Source of the DNA: Alphaproteobacteria bacterium
Lineage (GTDB): Bacteria > Pseudomonadota > Alphaproteobacteria > JAAXGF01
Reading direction: 5' to 3'
NCBI GenBank assembly: GCA_963555825.3
Contig: CAUVXB020000002.1
Location: 2,432,001 to 2,496,000 of the forward strand
DNA length: 64,000 bases
Position numbers and translations under genes: made by a program. This document shows positions 60,186 through 64,000 of the stretch, piece by piece. The notes under the pieces were generated by a model. It was not told the DNA's origin. It saw only the letters and a list, made by a program, of their open reading frames with translations, and did not search any database. Numbering within the stretch: position 1 is the stretch's first letter; every line of letters starts with the position of its first letter.

Positions 60186-60683
60186 GCGCACGACGATAGC
60201 GCATGGCAAATCGCGTTACCAGCAGAAAGACAGCACCTTGTGGGGCCTCGCCTCAACGTGGGAGATGCGCTTGACGGGACCCATTCCACGGCCTGAACGA
60301 ACGCTTACCATCAGCGAGACCAGGATATTGTTGTTCGCCCAATCCCCGTTGCGGCGAAAGGTGAATTGGGGATAGGTCTCGCGCACCACGTGCCCGTTGA
60401 AACCCTCGATGAAGCAGACGTCGTCGATCCCGGCGCCGGCGAAGGCCTCGAGGATCCAGTCCAGAATACGCTTGCCTTGAATTTCGGTGAAGCTCTTATG
60501 CGAGTCGTCGGTGAGCGGGCGGAGACGTTGGCCGCGGCCGGCGCCTATGATGATGGCCCGCATTCTCGGCTATCCGTTTGCCTCGGCTTTTTGCACGATG
60601 CGCAGTCTAAATGTCGATAGGAACATTGTCACGGCTGGAGTCCGGCTACCGGCCGCGCTGTAACCCATCCCCCTAACGAAGGT

Positions 60684-62133
60684 GGAGATGTCCCGGTCGA
60701 TGTTGAAAAGTTGAGGTAGGTGTCGCTCTCCTGGAGCCGTTAGGCTCCGGGTGCTGCAAACCCAAGAGGGAGAACGACACCATGGGAAAGAATATCCGTA
60801 GTTCCAGTAGCCCGCAAGCCCTTGCCACCTCGTTTCCTATGCCGCCGCTGGCAGACGCGATGGACGCAGTCCGTCTCAGCGTGGATCGGTTCTGTCTCCT
60901 GGCCGGGGTCGAGGCCTTGGCCGAGATGATGGAGGAGGACGCCACGACCGTGTGCGGGGCCCGACATCGTCGCCATGGGAACCGTCGGGGTTATCGCTGG
61001 GGCCATACGCAGAGCGAGATCGGCTACCACGGCGGCCGCGTGAAAGTGCAGCGGCCACGGGTTCGCGACCATGCTGGCAAGGAGGTGGGTTTGGAGAGCT
61101 GGCAGGTGCTGCGCGACGGCAACCTGTTGCTCGAGTGGGCGCTCAACCTGATGGTCCTGAACGTGTCGACCCGCAAGTACCACCGCGCGGTCCGTCTGCC
61201 CGAGGGCGACCTGGCGAAAGCGCGTGGCGACGGCACCTCGAAGTCGGCCGTTTCCCGGCGCTTTGTGGCGCTGTCGCGCAAGAAGATGAAGGCCTGGCTC
61301 GCCTCGGACCTCTCGGAGCTCGACCTGCTGGTCATCCAGATCGACGGTCTGCATGTCGGCGACCATGTCTTGGTGGCGGCGATCGGCGTCGATGGCAACG
61401 GCGACAAGCATGTCCTGGCCGTGGTCGAGGGGGCGACGGAGAACACTGTCGTCGTCCAGGCCTTGCTCGACAATCTCCTCGCCAGGGGGCTCGATCCGAC
61501 GCTGCCCCGGCTGTTCATCGTCGATGGCGCGAAGGCGCTCAGCAAAGCGATCCGCAACACCTTCGGTGTGGCCGCCGCCATCCAGCGCTGCCAGGTCCAC
61601 AAGGGCCGTAACATCATCGAGCGCCTGCCCCTGCATTTGCATGCGAGCGTCAAGAAGGCGCTCCGTCAGGCCTGGGACCAGGACGACGCAGACAAGGCCG
61701 AACGGCTGCTGCGCAACCTGGCCCGGCGTCTGGAGCATGAGGAACCGGGCGTCTCGGGCAGCATCCTGGAGGGGCTGGACGAGATCCTCACCGTCATCCG
61801 CCTCGGCCTGCCGCACGAACTCCGGCGCTCGCTTGCCTGCACCAACATCATCGAGAACGCGCTCGGCACGGTGCGTCAGGTCACCCGCAACGTCAAACGC
61901 TGGAGGAACGCCGAGATGGCGCTCAGATGGACCGCCGCCGGCTTGCTGGAGGCCCAGAAGACCTTCCGTCGCCTCAAGGCCTATCGTCAGCTGCCCATAC
62001 TCCGAAACGCTCTCCAGGAGCACTTGAGAAAGGCTCACGCCGACAGTGCCATTGAAACCATCATGAAGGCAGCATAGCCTCATCAACCAGCGATGTCTGC
62101 CCCACGAATTTCAACAGCGATAGGGACATCGCC
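60684..62133 (+). mobile_element. IS256-family element
   Basis: TIRs ggagatgtccc / gggacatcgcc; 8-bp TSD acgaaggt (60676-60683, 62134-62141). Confidence 0.9.
60782..62077 (+). CDS. IS256 (Mutator-like) transposase
   Basis: IQIDG, FIVDG.K.L, QRCQVHK.RN, TNIIE. Confidence 0.92.
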   Translation: MGKNIRSSSSPQALATSFPMPPLADAMDAVRLSVDRFCLLAGVEALAEMMEEDATTVCGARHRRHGNRRGYRWGHTQSEIGYHGGRVKVQRPRVRDHAGKEVGLESWQVLRDGNLLLEWALNLMVLNVSTRKYHRAVRLPEGDLAKARGDGTSKSAVSRRFVALSRKKMKAWLASDLSELDLLVIQIDGLHVGDHVLVAAIGVDGNGDKHVLAVVEGATENTVVVQALLDNLLARGLDPTLPRLFIVDGAKALSKAIRNTFGVAAAIQRCQVHKGRNIIERLPLHLHASVKKALRQAWDQDDADKAERLLRNLARRLEHEEPGVSGSILEGLDEILTVIRLGLPHELRRSLACTNIIENALGTVRQVTRNVKRWRNAEMALRWTAAGLLEAQKTFRRLKAYRQLPILRNALQEHLRKAHADSAIETIMKAA

Positions 62134-62280
62134 ACGAAGGTGGCAAACTCACCACGCGTCACCGCTTAATTTTCGAGCGCGATCGATGCAGCGCAACGTC
62201 AAACGGTTACGATGCGTGGCACTTCGAAGGCAGACCGACCTGAGATAATTGAATTCGGCTGGCGCCAGCGCGGCAACTCA

Positions 62281-62370
62281 ATGTCTCCTCACTGGCTATT
62301 CGCGGACCTAATGGCCGCGCCTATCGAATGACCGCTTTCGGGCGGTAAGCTGACCCACGAAATCGCTTCC
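62281..62370 (+). repeat. Hairpin array type R (diverged)
   Basis: tctcctcactggcta..gac..atggc.gc.cc..cgaatgaccgctttcgggcggtaagctgac resembles 52156 and the rebuilt IS1111 site. Confidence 0.65.
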
Positions 62371-62467
62371 TATTTTCCGAAACGCGCCGCGCCGCCCCGC
62401 TGGATCGCGCGCGGGCGATCGCGTAGAGTCCCGGCCCAAGAACCAACCAGCCCGGAGACGCGCCACC

Positions 62468-62752
62468 ATGCTCTATGTCATCTCCTGCACCGACAAGCCG
62501 GACCACGGCGCGGTGCGGCAGGAAAACCGCCCCGCGCATCTCGACTATCTCAAGGGGAAAGGCGCCACGCTGCGCCTCGCCGGGTCCTATACCGCCGACG
62601 ACGGCGAGGCCGTTTTGGGCAGCCTGATCGTCGTCGACGTCGCCGACCGCGCGGCCGCCGAGGCAATCGCCGCGGGCGACCCTTACGCCAATGCCGGGCT
62701 GTTCGAGAGCGTCGAGATCCGCGCTTTCCGCTGCGCCATTGGCGAGCTTTAG
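62468..62752 (+). CDS. yciI: YciI family protein
   Basis: DKP...R...RPAHLDYL, GSLIV, DPY..AGLF. Confidence 0.9.
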   Translation: MLYVISCTDKPDHGAVRQENRPAHLDYLKGKGATLRLAGSYTADDGEAVLGSLIVVDVADRAAAEAIAAGDPYANAGLFESVEIRAFRCAIGEL

Positions 62753-62885
62753 GGTTTTGTGCGGTCGGTCGCGCTCGGTCGAAATCTACCAGCCCGCGAC
62801 TGCGGGCCGCCGACCGTTCGGCGGAAGCAAGCGCGGCGATTGAGCGCAGGTCATCTTTACGCGTAAAGATGACCGGACGAAACAA
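62750..62885 (+). repeat. Structured repeat family S, short copy
   Basis: Homologous to 49068-49197; begins at the yciI TAG stop. Confidence 0.85.
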
Positions 62886-62899
62886 GACGGAGGCGAGCG

Positions 62900-63313
62900 A
62901 TGGCGTATTGGCTGATGAAATCGGAGCCGAACGAGTATTCCTGGGACGACCTGGTCGCCGAGAAGCGCGACTACTGGGACGGCGTGCGCAACTACCAGGC
63001 GTCGAACAACATGAAGGCCATGAAGAAGGGCGACAAGGCGTTCTTCTACCACTCGGTCAAGGCGCGCGAGATCGTCGGCATCATGAAGGTCGTCAAGGAA
63101 TACTACCCCGACCACACCGACCCGACGGGCCGCTTCGGCATGGTCGACGTGGCGCCGGTCAGGCCGTTCAAGACGCCGGTCAACCTGACCCAGATCAAGG
63201 CCGACCCGCGTTTCGCCGATATCTCGCTGGTGCGCCAGTCGCGCCTCTCGGTGCTGCCACTGAGCGCGGCGCATTGGAAGGCGCTGTGCAAGATGGGCGG
63301 CACCAAGCCGTAA
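62900..63313 (+). CDS. EVE domain protein
   Basis: YWLMKSEP, WDGVRNYQA, FFYHS, RLSV. Confidence 0.93.
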   Translation: MAYWLMKSEPNEYSWDDLVAEKRDYWDGVRNYQASNNMKAMKKGDKAFFYHSVKAREIVGIMKVVKEYYPDHTDPTGRFGMVDVAPVRPFKTPVNLTQIKADPRFADISLVRQSRLSVLPLSAAHWKALCKMGGTKP

Positions 63314-63370
63314 CGACCGGGCGCTGCGTCCACATCCCTCGCGTCAGCGACATTGTAGTGCTGGATTAAA

Positions 63371-63503
63371 CCAGCCTGCGCCAGTCTTAATGGGACAAGA
63401 GGGGGGCCGCCGACCGTTCGGCCAGCTTTGATTCCATAAGATTGGCATGCGCGGCGATTGAGCGCAGGTCATCTTTGACGCGCGTAAAGATGACCGCACA
63501 AAG
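63371..63503 (+). repeat. Structured repeat family S, long copy
   Basis: Homologous to 6447-6577. Confidence 0.9.
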
Positions 63504-63521
63504 GATTAGCGACGCGCGCCT

Positions 63522-64000
63522 CTATTCCGCCAGCCAGACTGGGTTTGACCAGGCGCGGCGGCCGCGGCTGTCGCGCACGGTGACGCGGAAGAAGCTGTCC
63601 TCGAAGCGCTTCAGCGGCAGGCGGCCTTCGGTCATTTCGTGGCCCTTGACGAACTTGGTGCGCGAGCCGCGGCCCTGAACGGTGATCACCGCGGCGGGCG
63701 AGCAGGCGACGACGATCTCGTCGCTCTCGATGCGGACGTCGTGGATCTCGGGGCCCTGGCTCGAGTAATAGCGGCCGGCCTTGAGCGATGCGAGGATCAG
63801 GTCGGGATCGAGCCGCTCGGCCTGGACATGGATCCAGCCGCCGAAGGCGTCGTGGGTCAGGCGGTGGGCGTCGTCGGTGGCGAAGGCCGAGAGCCGCCGG
63901 CCCTCGTTCAACAGGATGTCGCACATGACCCAGCCGTCGCCCCGGTCGTTCTCGATGTGGGAGCCGTGGTTGTAGACCTCGATGGCGTGGGCGCAGTCGA
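63522..64000 (-). CDS. PHP-like (CehA/McbA family) metallohydrolase, 5' end outside the window
   Basis: AIEVYNHG, ATDDAH, YSSQGP, AWSNPVW. Confidence 0.78.
   Translation of the reverse strand, partial: DCAHAIEVYNHGSHIENDRGDGWVMCDILLNEGRRLSAFATDDAHRLTHDAFGGWIHVQAERLDPDLILASLKAGRYYSSQGPEIHDVRIESDEIVVACSPAAVITVQGRGSRTKFVKGHEMTEGRLPLKRFEDSFFRVTVRDSRGRRAWSNPVWLAE

Larger units (their letters stand above)
56608..60308 (-). mobile_element. IS66-family element lacking tnpA/tnpB, carrying a DUF4338 gene
   Basis: Perfect 26-bp TIR gtaagcgttcgttcaggccgtggaat; 8-bp TSD catcagcg (56600-56607, 60309-60316). Confidence 0.93.
56096..60563 (-). pseudogene. NTP transferase (phosphocholine cytidylyltransferase-like) split by IS66
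   Basis: N-terminal part AGRGQRLRPLT..NNILVSLM (60309-60563) joins YAEDLMD..SYCDI..EIDT (56096-56599) in frame once the IS is removed. Confidence 0.88.

Noticed and set aside
17291-62370. Hairpin arrays as a CRISPR array
   Set aside because: Only 2-3 non-identical units per site, irregular spacing and no cas genes.
1-64000. tRNA, rRNA, riboswitch or integrase genes
   Set aside because: None recognised by eye; tRNAscan/Infernal would be needed to exclude small RNAs.

Overview
High-GC alphaproteobacterial-type chromosomal window (taxon inferred from gene content). The backbone comprises gpsA, hpnA, citryl-CoA-lyase-like and acyl-CoA synthetase genes, a large molybdopterin formate dehydrogenase supercluster (4Fe-4S protein, moaA, fdhD, mobA, DUF3305/3306, TorD-type chaperone, FDH alpha/beta/gamma, WD40-cytochrome c, ankyrin protein, DUF6352/6505), a Co-type nitrile hydratase operon with a split beta subunit, creatininase, yciI and an EVE-domain gene. 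Mobile DNA is abundant: IS30, IS1111 (IS110 family), two near-identical IS630, IS3-family, IS66 (with a DUF4338 passenger), IS256, a group II intron whose splicing would restore the NHase beta SH3 gene, and several MITE/REP families. Several genes are frameshifted or interrupted. The most unusual signal is a set of accessory gene modules (17.25-21.1 kb, 50-62.4 kb, possibly 3.2-5.4 kb). They are bracketed by a recurring family of tandem GC-rich hairpin arrays and, in one case, a 22-bp terminal inverted repeat. Two of them carry degenerate duplicates of neighbouring chromosomal gene starts, and an IS1111 sits exactly inside one array copy, as IS1111 elements do in integron attC sites. No cognate recombinase is visible in the window. 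All calls come from manual reading and no searches were run.
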